From a virus, in the IMG/VR virus record IMGVR_UViG_3300045988_051379, positions 18,279 through 82,278 of that record: a DNA stretch of 64,000 bases; one strand, written 5' to 3'. The translations under genes and the position numbers were made by a program. Below, piece by piece: positions 45,746 to 55,804 of this stretch (position 1 is the first letter of the stretch; each line of letters starts with the position of its first letter). A model generated the notes under the pieces. The model did no database searches. It was not told where the DNA came from and was given only the letters and a program-made list of their open reading frames with translations.

Positions 45746-46214
45746 CATTATGGACAAAATCAGAGACGTATCAGAAATTGATTTCAAAGTAGAAGAAGTA
45801 ATGAAAGCTAAATCTTTCAATGACTTCGTGAACGGAAATGTAGAGAAAGCTTTCTATTTGGGCTTCTTTAGAAATGAATTGCAACAACCTCTATTTGTTG
45901 CTATGCAAATTAGAGGTGATGAAGGCATAGCCTTAGTAAAGAGTTTTGACGAAGCAATGCAGAAGGCTAGACCTTATGTAGAAGAAATGTCTGCTATAGC
46001 TGATGATGCTATGGCTAAAGAGGAGTTCACAATGTTAGATGTAGTTAATGAAGTCTCTGACAAGGTTAACTACAAACAGGAGAAAGACAAATTCTATGTC
46101 ATCTTTATCTTAGGTATGTGGGTTAAGCATCTTATTGATGAGGATGTCATATCCGAAACTGAAGAAGATGAGGATGATGAGGATTTTGTTGAGAATCCTA
46201 ATGCCGACGCATAA
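45684..46214 (+). CDS. hypothetical acidic protein
   Basis: ORF in track. Confidence 0.35.
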   Translation: MKQFLTKQQPWPRRLVGCYHNIMDKIRDVSEIDFKVEEVMKAKSFNDFVNGNVEKAFYLGFFRNELQQPLFVAMQIRGDEGIALVKSFDEAMQKARPYVEEMSAIADDAMAKEEFTMLDVVNEVSDKVNYKQEKDKFYVIFILGMWVKHLIDEDVISETEEDEDDEDFVENPNADA

Positions 46215-46608
46215 GTACAGAATATACTGTGATGGTGCCTATTCTCCTGCGAGAAATCAAGGGGGAATAGGCTTTGTCATTTTAGAGGATGACAAGAAGA
46301 TATTCCAATACAGTAAGATGTATAAGAACAGCACCAATCAGCGAATGGAGCAAATGGCTGCCATAGTTGCCCTGGAATCCATAAAGGAACCTTCTGAAAT
46401 TACAATAGTAACAGATTCTATGTATATTGTAGGAACTCTTACTAAAGGGTGGAAGAGGAAAGCCAACACTGATTTGTGGGAACGTCTTGATAAGGCTGTG
46501 AACAGGCATAAAGTAGTGTCTGTTGAGTGGTGTAAAGGTCATGCAAATGACGAATATAATAAGGAAGCTGATAAGCTTGCTTATAATGCTAGTAACGAAA
46601 TAGGATAA
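46201..46608 (+). CDS. rnh: ribonuclease H (RNase HI-like)
   Basis: YCDGA...GGIGFV...TDSMY...WKRKANTDLWERL...VEWCKGHANDEYNKEADKLA matches the RNase HI DEDD-family motifs; Met at 46201 (track ORF starts 46135). Confidence 0.65.
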   Translation: MPTHKYRIYCDGAYSPARNQGGIGFVILEDDKKIFQYSKMYKNSTNQRMEQMAAIVALESIKEPSEITIVTDSMYIVGTLTKGWKRKANTDLWERLDKAVNRHKVVSVEWCKGHANDEYNKEADKLAYNASNEIG

Positions 46609-46728
46609 ACCTATGAAATACAAGAAGAAAGTACAACGTCTTAAAGACCGACAGGCTTGGTGGGATAAGCAATCTGATTCATTTAAGAGAGCTACTACCA
46701 GACCAGGTTCAGTTAAACAAAAGTAATT

Positions 46729-47595
46729 ATGAACAATTTTAGTCCTTCTACAGATACGTCTGTAGGCACAAAGAGATTCACAGCCCAAGAAGTGCAATTA
46801 GCTTATACTCTAATGGCTGTAGAGTACATGAAGACTATTAAGGGTCTGAATCCGAATCATCAACTAGTTGATAAGGCTGTCAAACTGAAAGCTTTAGGAT
46901 TTACTAATTCTAAAGAAGTAGGTGATGCTATCACTTCGGAAGAGGACCTTAAAGTCTTAAAATGTTATAGCTTTTTGCAAAGACATTTCCCTGGCTCATT
47001 GATACTTAAGGAGGAGGATTTCATTAATCTGAATGTTAAGTATGGATTAGTTGTTGGAAGACTATCAGCTTATAAAGGTTCTGTGCCTGACGAGAACATT
47101 GATGAAATCTCTAAGGTAATGGCCACTGCTCAAGCACTTGAAGCAAATGAGTATGTTAACTATAGCGGAAACGGTTCACCTTTACGGTATGTTACTGGTA
47201 TGCAAGTTGCTACTCACCCTATGCCTATTGATAGAATGTCCTATCCGGTTGGAAGGTACTTCATTAGGCAGGAACCTTCCCATATTGGACTTATGTATTT
47301 GAGTAGAAATAAGGCTAGAATGAATGCATATCCATTCTTTCATATCCTTAATAAAGCCAAGGCACATGATGTGAACATTGCTGATTCAAAAGAATGTAGC
47401 AGTGCTGACTTATTCATTGCCGCTCCTATTGAAGAAATGAATGAAACGATGCAGTTTACAGTTCCGGAAAGGAAGATTATTCCTATCAATAATGACCCAT
47501 TTGTATTTCAAGTAACTCCAATAGGGGTAATGATTCACTCTAAATGGGGAGTAGAAGCCGAAGACAATATATTCGACAATATTAAACCTTTATAA
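46729..47595 (+). CDS. paralogous-family protein, member 2
   Basis: See 40809; C-terminal VMIHSKWGVEAEDNIFDN. Confidence 0.45.
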   Translation: MNNFSPSTDTSVGTKRFTAQEVQLAYTLMAVEYMKTIKGLNPNHQLVDKAVKLKALGFTNSKEVGDAITSEEDLKVLKCYSFLQRHFPGSLILKEEDFINLNVKYGLVVGRLSAYKGSVPDENIDEISKVMATAQALEANEYVNYSGNGSPLRYVTGMQVATHPMPIDRMSYPVGRYFIRQEPSHIGLMYLSRNKARMNAYPFFHILNKAKAHDVNIADSKECSSADLFIAAPIEEMNETMQFTVPERKIIPINNDPFVFQVTPIGVMIHSKWGVEAEDNIFDNIKPL

Positions 47596-47599
47596 GATT

Positions 47600-49612
47600 A
47601 TGGAATTTGTCAAGTTTAAAAGAGCAGTCCATGCGCAGTTTAATCAACTAGCTGCTGGTGCAGACATGCTCTTTCTGACTAATGTAGACAAGGACGCATT
47701 ATGGGATTGTTACCTTAATTCCTTTCCGGAGGAAGAGAGACAGTCTCATAATTGCAACAATTGTAAACATTATATCAGACATTATGGTAGAGTTGTCGCC
47801 ATTAAAGACAATAAAGTAGTAACCATGTGGGAGAACCTACAGTTGGATGAACCTTTTGCTACTGTAGCTAGAAATCTCGATGCATTAGTGAAATCAAAAC
47901 CAGTTGTAGATGTTTTTATCACTCGTGATTATGAACTAGGAATTGATAGAAACAATGCCTATATTGACAGTTTGCAAGGTCCTAAAGTAATTACCTGGAA
48001 TCATCTCTATTATCATATGCCAAGTCAGTTGGTATATGCAGGAACTAAATCCATATCTGCTGTAATGGGAACTTTACGCACAACTAAGGAAGTGTTCAAA
48101 CGTGCACTGGAGGAATTAACTGTCGATTCTATAGAAACAGTTCTGGACTTAATAGGTCAGAATGCTTTATATAGAGGAGAACAGTTTAAAAATGACTTAA
48201 GTGTATTCCTGGGTCGTAAAAGACACTATGATTCATTACCTGATGAAGAGAAAGACAACTGGTGTTGGGCAAACTTCAATCGTGTAGGATGTGCACGCAT
48301 TCGTAATACGGCAATTGGTACATTGTTGGTAAATATATCATCAGGACTTGAACTGGACGATTGTGTGACTGCATACAAACGTATCATGGCTCCAGAGAAC
48401 TATCAAAGACCTAAGTCAATTGTTACTAAAAGAATGATTGAGGAAGCACAGAAGAAAGTGCAGGAACTAGGTCTTATGGATTCTCTACCTCGTAGACATG
48501 CTGCCTTAGAGGATATAACAGTCAACAATGTTATATTTGCTAATCGTGATGCCAAGAAGGTAATGGCTGGAAATATATTCGAAGAACTAGCCGCAGACAC
48601 TAAAGTCAATCCTAAGAAGTTTGACAAGTTAACTGAAATTAGCATTGATAATTTCGTTGCTAATGTGGTACCTACTGCCACTAACATAGAAGTGTTAATG
48701 GAAAGTAGACTGTCCAATAACTTAGTAACTCTTACAGCTCCTGTTAACAAGGATGCTAAGAATCTGTTTAAATGGCCGAATAATTTTGCTTGGACATATA
48801 ATGGAGGAGTAGCTGATTCTATTAAAGAGAAAGTAAGAGCTGCTGGTGGTCAGACTGAAGGGTTCTTAAGATGTTCGTTGGCATGGTCTAACTATGATGA
48901 CTTGGATTTGCATGTCGTTGAACCTTCATACAACGAAATCTACTATTCTAACAGAATCGGCAGAAGTGGTGGTAAGCTAGACGTGGATGAAAATGCCGAA
49001 TATGGCAAAACTCGCAAACCCGTTGAGAACATTATATGGGTTAACGAACGCAAGATGCTTAAAGGTAAGTATGTTGTGTATGTTAATAACTTTCATTGTA
49101 GAGAATCTGTTGATACAGGATTTACATTGGAAATAGAACACAATGGAGAAGTCCGACAATTTGTCTATGACAAACCCGTTAAACATAAAGAGAATGTCAT
49201 GGTTGCCGAGATTACTTACAGTAAATCTAAAGGCATCCAAATAAGAGAGCTAATACCCAGTACTAGCCATTCGTCAGTAAGCCTATGGAATATTGATACT
49301 AACAAGTTCCATAAGGTGAACGTGATGATGCTGTCTCCCAATTATTGGGATGAGCAGGGTATTGGTAATAAACATTACTTCTTTATGTTGGACGATTGCA
49401 AGAATCCGGAGCCTGTTCGTGGATTCTTTAACGAATATCTTAACAGTGAGCTAACTCCTCACCGTAAGGTATTTGAGGTTCTAGCTGATAAGATGAAGAC
49501 TCCTTACCAAGAACATCAATTGAGTGGATTAGGATTCTCATCTACTATGCGTAATTCCGTTATTGTTAAAGTGGACGGAACATTTAGTAGAACTTTAAAA
49601 GTCAATTTCTGA
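47600..49612 (+). CDS. large hypothetical protein (670 aa)
   Basis: ORF in track, flanked by two members of the paralogous family; no confident motif. Confidence 0.45.
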   Translation: MEFVKFKRAVHAQFNQLAAGADMLFLTNVDKDALWDCYLNSFPEEERQSHNCNNCKHYIRHYGRVVAIKDNKVVTMWENLQLDEPFATVARNLDALVKSKPVVDVFITRDYELGIDRNNAYIDSLQGPKVITWNHLYYHMPSQLVYAGTKSISAVMGTLRTTKEVFKRALEELTVDSIETVLDLIGQNALYRGEQFKNDLSVFLGRKRHYDSLPDEEKDNWCWANFNRVGCARIRNTAIGTLLVNISSGLELDDCVTAYKRIMAPENYQRPKSIVTKRMIEEAQKKVQELGLMDSLPRRHAALEDITVNNVIFANRDAKKVMAGNIFEELAADTKVNPKKFDKLTEISIDNFVANVVPTATNIEVLMESRLSNNLVTLTAPVNKDAKNLFKWPNNFAWTYNGGVADSIKEKVRAAGGQTEGFLRCSLAWSNYDDLDLHVVEPSYNEIYYSNRIGRSGGKLDVDENAEYGKTRKPVENIIWVNERKMLKGKYVVYVNNFHCRESVDTGFTLEIEHNGEVRQFVYDKPVKHKENVMVAEITYSKSKGIQIRELIPSTSHSSVSLWNIDTNKFHKVNVMMLSPNYWDEQGIGNKHYFFMLDDCKNPEPVRGFFNEYLNSELTPHRKVFEVLADKMKTPYQEHQLSGLGFSSTMRNSVIVKVDGTFSRTLKVNF

Positions 49613-50550
49613 TGTTTAGATTTCTAAAACGCAATGATTCTGAAGTTATAACTCCAGAAGTGGTTGACGTGCCGGTGATGACTATTCAGTCCAACATAGC
49701 TATGGCTCTTGCTTTATGTATGGAGGAATATCTACGTTCTGTTTCCAAGACATCAGTTGATATTCCTGATAAAGATACATTAGTAAGAGAATACAACACG
49801 TTGGTTGATGCTGGGCTAGATAGCTCAAAGAATGCTAGGTTATTGCAAGCTAAAATATCGGAATATAATCAGATAGCTCTGGATGCCATGCGTGCTAAAA
49901 ACTTATTTAGTTTCGTAAAGCGTGCAAGAGAGGTATTCGGAGAGAGTACTCTTCTGGTTGGCTCTAAACAATTTGATGATGTTTGTAAGAAGTATAAACT
50001 TGTCAAAGGGCTGCTAAAACAATACACTGGAGTGATTCCTGACCGTAATATTAGAGAAATCATAAAAGTTAAGCGCAAGTTTAATGGTGAAGGACCAATG
50101 TTCTCTGATTTAGGGTTGGAGTATGCTAATGGGGCGTATTATTATGTTACAGGTATTAACTACGGATACAGTGACAGTGAAACTATGTTGAACAATCTGA
50201 AGAAATACATAGAATCACACAATCACATAGTTATTGGCCCTGATATAGAAGGCACACTCAGGCTGTCTAGTATAATTAACAAGAATCCCGGCCTTCCTGC
50301 TGATGTAAAGGCTTTTGGCTACCCTAACATAGTTTCCTTTGATGCTGTTAAGATAGGTAGAAATGAGCTATTTGTAGCTTGCCCTCCTAGTCAATTAAAC
50401 AATCCAGAGGTTACAATCACTAAGAAGACAGTAGACCCTATTGTGTACCAGCCTTGTGCTTATGGTATTCTCATTCACAGTATGTGGGGAGAAGAGTCAG
50501 AGGACAAAGTGTTTGAAGAATATAAACGTATTAACAATTTAATGCTATAA
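49612..50550 (+). CDS. paralogous-family protein, member 3
   Basis: See 40809; C-terminal ILIHSMWGEESEDKVFEE. Confidence 0.45.
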   Translation: MFRFLKRNDSEVITPEVVDVPVMTIQSNIAMALALCMEEYLRSVSKTSVDIPDKDTLVREYNTLVDAGLDSSKNARLLQAKISEYNQIALDAMRAKNLFSFVKRAREVFGESTLLVGSKQFDDVCKKYKLVKGLLKQYTGVIPDRNIREIIKVKRKFNGEGPMFSDLGLEYANGAYYYVTGINYGYSDSETMLNNLKKYIESHNHIVIGPDIEGTLRLSSIINKNPGLPADVKAFGYPNIVSFDAVKIGRNELFVACPPSQLNNPEVTITKKTVDPIVYQPCAYGILIHSMWGEESEDKVFEEYKRINNLML

Positions 50551-50552
50551 TT

Positions 50553-50927
50553 ATGTTTGAGAAAGCATCTAGAATGAAATTGCGTTTTAACACGCAACGT
50601 GGAGTTCTTTCTGTTGAAGACTTGTGGGATTTACCCTTAATTCAACTTGACAATATTGCAATTGCTCTTAACAAGAAATTGCAAGAGTCTAAAACTGAAA
50701 GCTTCATCAAAACCCGGACTAAAGACACTACCGAACTTGAACTGAAATTCAATATTGCAAAACACATTATTGATGTTAAGTTGCAAGAACAGGAAGACCG
50801 TCTACTTGAAAGTGAGAAGAAAGCTAAGCGTCAGAAGATTCTTGACCTTATGGCTAAGAAACAAGACGCTGAACTCGAAGGCAAATCTCTGGAAGAATTA
50901 GCTAAAGAACTTGAAGCACTTAATTGA
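50553..50927 (+). CDS. hypothetical coiled-coil protein
   Basis: ORF in track. Confidence 0.35.
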   Translation: MFEKASRMKLRFNTQRGVLSVEDLWDLPLIQLDNIAIALNKKLQESKTESFIKTRTKDTTELELKFNIAKHIIDVKLQEQEDRLLESEKKAKRQKILDLMAKKQDAELEGKSLEELAKELEALN

Positions 50928-51190
50928 TTATGAACTTTGAGAAAGAAATAAAGAAATGGCAGAAGGTGAACAGCTCTGAAACTAAAGCCCAGCTCTTTGA
51001 AGCAGTAGATTACATCTGCGCTGATGAGCCTAATGGATTAGTAGGAGTGACTGGTTTGCTATTTGATGCCGATAAACTCAAGAGGAGTATCAATGCTGCG
51101 CTTTCCATGAGAGCGGAAGCTAACGTGGTTACACGTAGATATGGTTTGCGTCAGCAGGTGCTATACTTGATGTACTATGGCGAAGAGTGA
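50924..51190 (+). CDS. hypothetical protein
   Basis: ORF in track. Confidence 0.35.
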   Translation: MIMNFEKEIKKWQKVNSSETKAQLFEAVDYICADEPNGLVGVTGLLFDADKLKRSINAALSMRAEANVVTRRYGLRQQVLYLMYYGEE

Positions 51191-51336
51191 CTATAAGTGC
51201 TCTTGCGCTGGAAGAGGCTAAAATTAAAGGAAGCATGTAAGTAATACTGTGAGTTATGCTGACAGACCGTCCACGTGAAAAGCCCAGTACGTGATACTGG
51301 CAAGGGCGGCCGTTAAATCGGAATTGCTTCCTGTAT

Positions 51337-51408
51337 GGTCCTATAGTTCAATGGATAGAACGCTGGTCTACGGAACCTGAAATGGCAGTTCGACTCTGCC
51401 TGGGACTA
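51337..51408 (+). tRNA. tRNA-Arg (ACG)
   Basis: D-arm GTTC-AATGGATA-GAAC, anticodon loop CTACGGA (one T-T mismatch in stem), T-arm GGCAG-TTCGACT-CTGCC. Confidence 0.6.
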
Positions 51409-51428
51409 CTAACTTAATAAGGAAAGAG

Positions 51429-52031
51429 ATGACTAACTTAGAAATTATTAAAAGATTAAAGACTGCTAAAGACTTGTATGATAAAGATACAAAGCCAGGT
51501 AGTGATAAGAATGGTGGTATGTGCCACTATATGAAGCAAGCATTCAACGGAGTGTTTAAAGAAGGAATACCTCCCTCTTATAATGAATTAGTAACACTAA
51601 TTCCGGAGTTTAATCCAGAGTTTCTAGGAGGTAATGTCAAACAAGAAGAAGTGGCTAGACTTGTCTTCTGGTGGCCAGTAGATGAGAAGAAACATAGGCT
51701 TGTAGCTTTTGATAAGCTCATCCATTGGTACACAGAAAGAATCAATAAGCATGCTATCTTACTAAAAGCTAAGAAGCTGTTTGAAGACCATTCAGAATAC
51801 TGGGGAATGTGCTTTTGTATCGAACATGCTATGGCTGGAACCGAACGAGGAATCAACATCTACGATGAATGTGATATAGTTGCCATGTTCCCCGAGTTCA
51901 ATAGAGAGTTTTTAGGTGCGCCTAAAGACAGGTATGGTAAGGCATTTTGGTGGACTCCCGATGACGAGAAGGGTCACAATGCTAGGATTGAAGCATTTGA
52001 TAAACTGATTAAGTATTACGAAGGAAGATGA
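51429..52031 (+). CDS. hypothetical protein with internal tandem duplication
   Basis: Two copies of PEFN-EFLG...FWW-PDDEK-H-R--AFDKLI-YY within 200 aa. Confidence 0.4.
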   Translation: MTNLEIIKRLKTAKDLYDKDTKPGSDKNGGMCHYMKQAFNGVFKEGIPPSYNELVTLIPEFNPEFLGGNVKQEEVARLVFWWPVDEKKHRLVAFDKLIHWYTERINKHAILLKAKKLFEDHSEYWGMCFCIEHAMAGTERGINIYDECDIVAMFPEFNREFLGAPKDRYGKAFWWTPDDEKGHNARIEAFDKLIKYYEGR

Positions 52032-52064
52032 ACTGGATAAAAAGAATCATGAATAAGTTATTTA

Positions 52065-52376
52065 TTGATAATGAGTCCTATGACATTGAAGAGGACAATA
52101 TCACTATCTCACAAATCAAGCGTAAATGGTAAATTAATATCTGAAACGAATAAGGATAGTGTACATATCAGTTTTACTGGTAATGTAAAAGAACTTAACT
52201 GCAACACATGTGATATTGACGGAGACGCATTTACTGTACATGGTAATAGTGTTAAAGGCAATGTGGGAGGTTCTATAGAAGCTAACAGTATTGAGGTTGG
52301 TGGTAATGTACAAGGAGACATCGATGCTAATTCTGTTAAAATAAAAGGCAGACATACTGGGAGTATTAACGTATAA
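52065..52376 (+). CDS. bactofilin-like / beta-helical repeat protein
   Basis: Repeats of GNVKG-NVGGSIEANSIEVGGNVQGDIDANSVKIKG typical of bactofilin-type beta-helix repeats. Confidence 0.35.
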   Translation: MIMSPMTLKRTISLSHKSSVNGKLISETNKDSVHISFTGNVKELNCNTCDIDGDAFTVHGNSVKGNVGGSIEANSIEVGGNVQGDIDANSVKIKGRHTGSINV

Positions 52377-52383
52377 CGTAAAG

Positions 52384-52457
52384 GGGTCTAGTAGCTCAGT
52401 AGAATAGAGCGTCCCTCTCCTAAAGGGAAGGTCACGAGTTTGAATCTCGTCTGGACC
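52384..52457 (+). tRNA. tRNA-Arg (CCT)
   Basis: D-arm GCTC-AGTAGAATA-GAGC, anticodon arm TCCCT-CTCCTAA-AGGGA, T-arm ACGAG-TTTGAAT-CTCGT. Confidence 0.75.
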
Positions 52458-52802
52458 ACAAACCAATTATTAGTTATTATGAAGAATATCTTTAATTTTG
52501 GTAAATTGTTGGAAGGTGAATCTATGAATGCGGACGAGGCATATTCAGTTGCCACTTACAATGAAGTGGTGACACAAGAAACTCTAATTAAGAGGTTTCT
52601 AGATACTACTGACCAACTTATTAAGGCTAAGAGTGAGAACAATTACTTTAGTCTTGTTATGGATTTGAATGATGATGTAGCTAAAGCCAAGGATGAAATC
52701 CTTAAATATTACGAAGATAAACGATTCTTCGTTAAGGTTATTGATAAAGAAGGATATCCTGGCTTAGTTGGAGAATATCTATTCATATCCTGGAAGAAGT
52801 GA
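52440..52802 (+). CDS. hypothetical protein
   Basis: ORF in track. Confidence 0.35.
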   Translation: MNLVWTTNQLLVIMKNIFNFGKLLEGESMNADEAYSVATYNEVVTQETLIKRFLDTTDQLIKAKSENNYFSLVMDLNDDVAKAKDEILKYYEDKRFFVKVIDKEGYPGLVGEYLFISWKK

Positions 52803-52955
52803 ATTTCTTTATTCTAACATAACCACAGGCATAATTGAGAGTGAAATGCCTGTTTAAGCAGTCCCCACTGCTGTAATGGTGATTTGATTACCATACATTA
52901 TCTTAAGCCCTTGAGGGTTGGTGTGAATAGACTATTCACATGTTCTTAACATTAA

Positions 52956-53324
52956 TTGTTAACAACAATGACATTCGATGAACAAGACTCTCTTATAGAG
53001 TCATTGAACGCGGCTTATGATAAAGCCGGAACTATTACAGATGAAGACATCAAAGAACTGTTTGCTAAGAAGAATGTAATCGCTGATGAAGATGAGCAGA
53101 CTTCTTACGAGTTCGATGAGTTCTTTGCAGAAGTAGTAAGCAAATGGGCACAAGACGGGCTGACTGATGAGAAAGCTCAATTATTGCTCAATCTTATTGA
53201 TAGCGCTGACGGTAGTGTAGACGATTCTGAAGACGCAATGTTGGAAGAATTATCTATGGCTGAACTGACTGGCGTGGACATATCTGAAATATTAAAAGAT
53301 AAGTTCCCAGACTACTTTGAATAG
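52956..53324 (+). CDS. hypothetical acidic protein
   Basis: ORF in track. Confidence 0.35.
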   Translation: MLTTMTFDEQDSLIESLNAAYDKAGTITDEDIKELFAKKNVIADEDEQTSYEFDEFFAEVVSKWAQDGLTDEKAQLLLNLIDSADGSVDDSEDAMLEELSMAELTGVDISEILKDKFPDYFE

Positions 53325-53333
53325 TTCTTATGT

Positions 53334-53477
53334 ATGGTGATAGGTTATGGAATAGACATTCCAGCCAGAATATCACTAGGGGGGGGTGTAGGCTCTTCTT
53401 CGTTGCTCCTAGCAACACACCTAATGCCAATCCTTGGTATTATTGTTATCATCTATGATAACGGACTTTAGGCTACG
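53334..53477 (+). CDS. small hydrophobic peptide containing a G8 tract (codes GGG)
   Basis: 47-aa ORF MVIGYGIDIPARISLGGGVGSSSLLLATHLMPILGIIVIIYDNGL; below the track threshold. Confidence 0.25.
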
Positions 53478-53595
53478 TTATATTTAATGTAGTGCTAATC
53501 GCGCAGAACGATATTCGTACTGCCGTTTAGGGTCAAATTCAGATTAGTTATTAGATTATTCTTTACTTCTAATGAGGTAAGGTCTACTCTAGTGA

Positions 53596-53901
53596 TTGTC
53601 TGGGTTTGGCCCTTCTTTTTTAACTTTAGATATGCAGAAATTTAAGTACGAAGACAATGAATTAATACCCATTTTACAGGTAGGAGACCTTATCACTGTA
53701 AACGGCAGTCCGGTAGAAATCGTTGACAGTGGTTGCGCGTGCTTTGGCTGTTACTTTAAAGCCAGTGACTGTACTATGGAGTGTAGATGTCCACTTGACG
53801 AAGACTTGATATTTCGAAAGGTGGAAAAGAAGATTAAACAAGATGAGAGGGTTGAGCAAACTAAAAGCATGGCTGAAGAGGAAGGGATTTACTTCTACTA
53901 A
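53596..53901 (+). CDS. hypothetical Cys-containing protein
   Basis: ORF in track. Confidence 0.35.
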   Translation: MSGFGPSFLTLDMQKFKYEDNELIPILQVGDLITVNGSPVEIVDSGCACFGCYFKASDCTMECRCPLDEDLIFRKVEKKIKQDERVEQTKSMAEEEGIYFY

Positions 53902-54319
53902 TTATAAGGGAGATTCGGAGTACTACACATTGAACGGATTCTCTGCTACTGTGAGGTTAGCAGACCATGTAGGAAGAGAAGGAACTGAAACTGATAAATA
54001 TATAAATATCATTCCAGACGGAGTTGATAGATATGTATTTATTTATGACAGAATATCTACTTCTATGAGCCATAAGGAACTTATTAAGGCATTAGATGCT
54101 TTAATATATCTGCATGGTAAAATTCCCAAGTATTTCGAGAATAGAGACCTTATTAAGAAGAGATACGAAGATGCTGTTTCCAGCGTCCAATCCCATTTAG
54201 CTAGAAGGACGGTAGACCAACGAGCAGTGTTGGTTAAGGGTGTTAGTACCTTAGAACCCGTCATACTCGAGTTGCAGAAACTATGTTGTCAATTTAGAGT
54301 AGAGAAAGAGAAATTGTGA
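53843..54319 (+). CDS. hypothetical protein
   Basis: ORF in track. Confidence 0.35.
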   Translation: MRGLSKLKAWLKRKGFTSTNYKGDSEYYTLNGFSATVRLADHVGREGTETDKYINIIPDGVDRYVFIYDRISTSMSHKELIKALDALIYLHGKIPKYFENRDLIKKRYEDAVSSVQSHLARRTVDQRAVLVKGVSTLEPVILELQKLCCQFRVEKEKL

Positions 54320-54528
54320 TTGTAATATTAATAGTGCTCGCACTGTATGGTGTGTCTTACTTACTAAACATTGTACTGAACTACATGCTTGCATACTACG
54401 ACTTGGATGAAGAATACTTCTGGGAAGTCGTAGAGGAGGATGTAGGTTGGTGGATGACATGTCCAGTCATATCACCATTCTTATACTTATGGCTAATAGG
54501 TAAGGTATTAGAAGAACAATCAGATTAA
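54316..54528 (+). CDS. small membrane protein
   Basis: 70 aa, hydrophobic. Confidence 0.3.
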   Translation: MIVILIVLALYGVSYLLNIVLNYMLAYYDLDEEYFWEVVEEDVGWWMTCPVISPFLYLWLIGKVLEEQSD

Positions 54529-54557
54529 ACTAATACTAACTTTACGGATAATCAAGT

Positions 54558-54830
54558 ATGATTATTGAAGAAGCTGACTTTAGAATGGAATCTGTAGGTG
54601 ACAATTTACACTTCTGGGACCTATCTATACTAAAGACTATTAAATCTAAGGACGGAGAACGTCAGGAGTTTAAAGTAATTGGTTATGGACTTCCCATATC
54701 TGCATGTCTTCAAAGAATAGCGGATTATAGAATAGAGTGTAAGCACCCAGATGCCATGTCTCTGAAAGAATATATTCAAGATTACAAACAAGAAGTAACT
54801 AGATTAGAAGAGTTAACTAAAGGAATTTAA
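54558..54830 (+). CDS. hypothetical protein
   Basis: ORF in track. Confidence 0.35.
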   Translation: MIIEEADFRMESVGDNLHFWDLSILKTIKSKDGERQEFKVIGYGLPISACLQRIADYRIECKHPDAMSLKEYIQDYKQEVTRLEELTKGI

Positions 54831-54833
54831 GCT

Positions 54834-55010
54834 ATGGCTTCACGTAAGAAAGGTACGGCACCTCATAAGCCGAAGAAGGTGTATGAATCTGTTAAGTTAA
54901 TGAATTGTGCAAGGTGTGGTAGAGATACTACTCACACGCTGTTCGATTATGACAACAGGCTTTATAAATGTAATGTCTGTGGGGCAGTTTATACCAAACG
55001 TGGTAAATAA
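54834..55010 (+). CDS. zinc-ribbon small protein
   Basis: 58-aa ORF with CARCG...CNVCG Cys pairs; below the track threshold. Confidence 0.35.
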   Translation: MASRKKGTAPHKPKKVYESVKLMNCARCGRDTTHTLFDYDNRLYKCNVCGAVYTKRGK

Positions 55011-55040
55011 CTAATATTTAACTCATTAAACTTATCAGTA

Positions 55041-55499
55041 ATGAAGAAGGAAACTATCAAAGAGACTCCAGAGGAGAGATTCAAAAGACTAAGAATCAAG
55101 GATTTGACCGATGATGCTTTCATGGTGGCAGAGCATTTAAGACAGCCGTCTGTAACACCACGTGACCCAAGTGTGTGGAGTAAAACTCCTAAAGAACGTA
55201 AGTTGTGGAAACGCTATAGACGATTCCCCGCTCCAAGTTATCAATGGCCGGCTCCTGCCAAATCTATTCCTATTCCTGGAACTCTGGTCGTGTATGTAAA
55301 GGGTGGTAACTTTACTACTGGTAAAATGAATCCAAAGACCAACAAACCTATACCAAAGAACACATTTAGCCATAAATGTATTCAATCTGACATCCCTTTC
55401 TTATTAAGTAAATATAAGACAGAGAAGTCCCAGGTTACTAAATATTCTTGGAATGGCAAAACCTACGCCCCCGACTGTCTACCATTCTGGGGACGTTAA
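55041..55499 (+). CDS. hypothetical basic protein
   Basis: ORF in track. Confidence 0.35.
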   Translation: MKKETIKETPEERFKRLRIKDLTDDAFMVAEHLRQPSVTPRDPSVWSKTPKERKLWKRYRRFPAPSYQWPAPAKSIPIPGTLVVYVKGGNFTTGKMNPKTNKPIPKNTFSHKCIQSDIPFLLSKYKTEKSQVTKYSWNGKTYAPDCLPFWGR

Positions 55500-55804
55500 A
55501 CTAACAGTATATCCTTCCTTTCTATATGAAGTACAACTATACCTCATTAGGAAGGATAGGGTAGAATGTGTAGGTTCTAAGTTCTATACTACTGATAAGC
55601 CTATTAAGGTAAGGGAATCGCAGTTTATTAAAGTCGACGATGAGATTACATGTGCTAAGTATATTACTTGGCTAGCAGCTCCCCTAGATTATTTAATGAA
55701 CAACAATTTTAAAGTGTTAGAACGTGAGAATGCTAGACAAAGACGGAAATCCAATACAGGAGAAGACAAGCGAAGGAGTTCAAACCGTAGGCGCTGAACC
55801 TACT

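Noticed and set aside
47600-49612. ATP-dependent DNA or RNA ligase call for the 670-aa protein, based on KVDGTF
   Set aside because: The KxDG-like motif is at the extreme C-terminus, 10 residues from the stop. That is incompatible with the ligase nucleotidyltransferase motif I position, and no other ligase motifs were seen.
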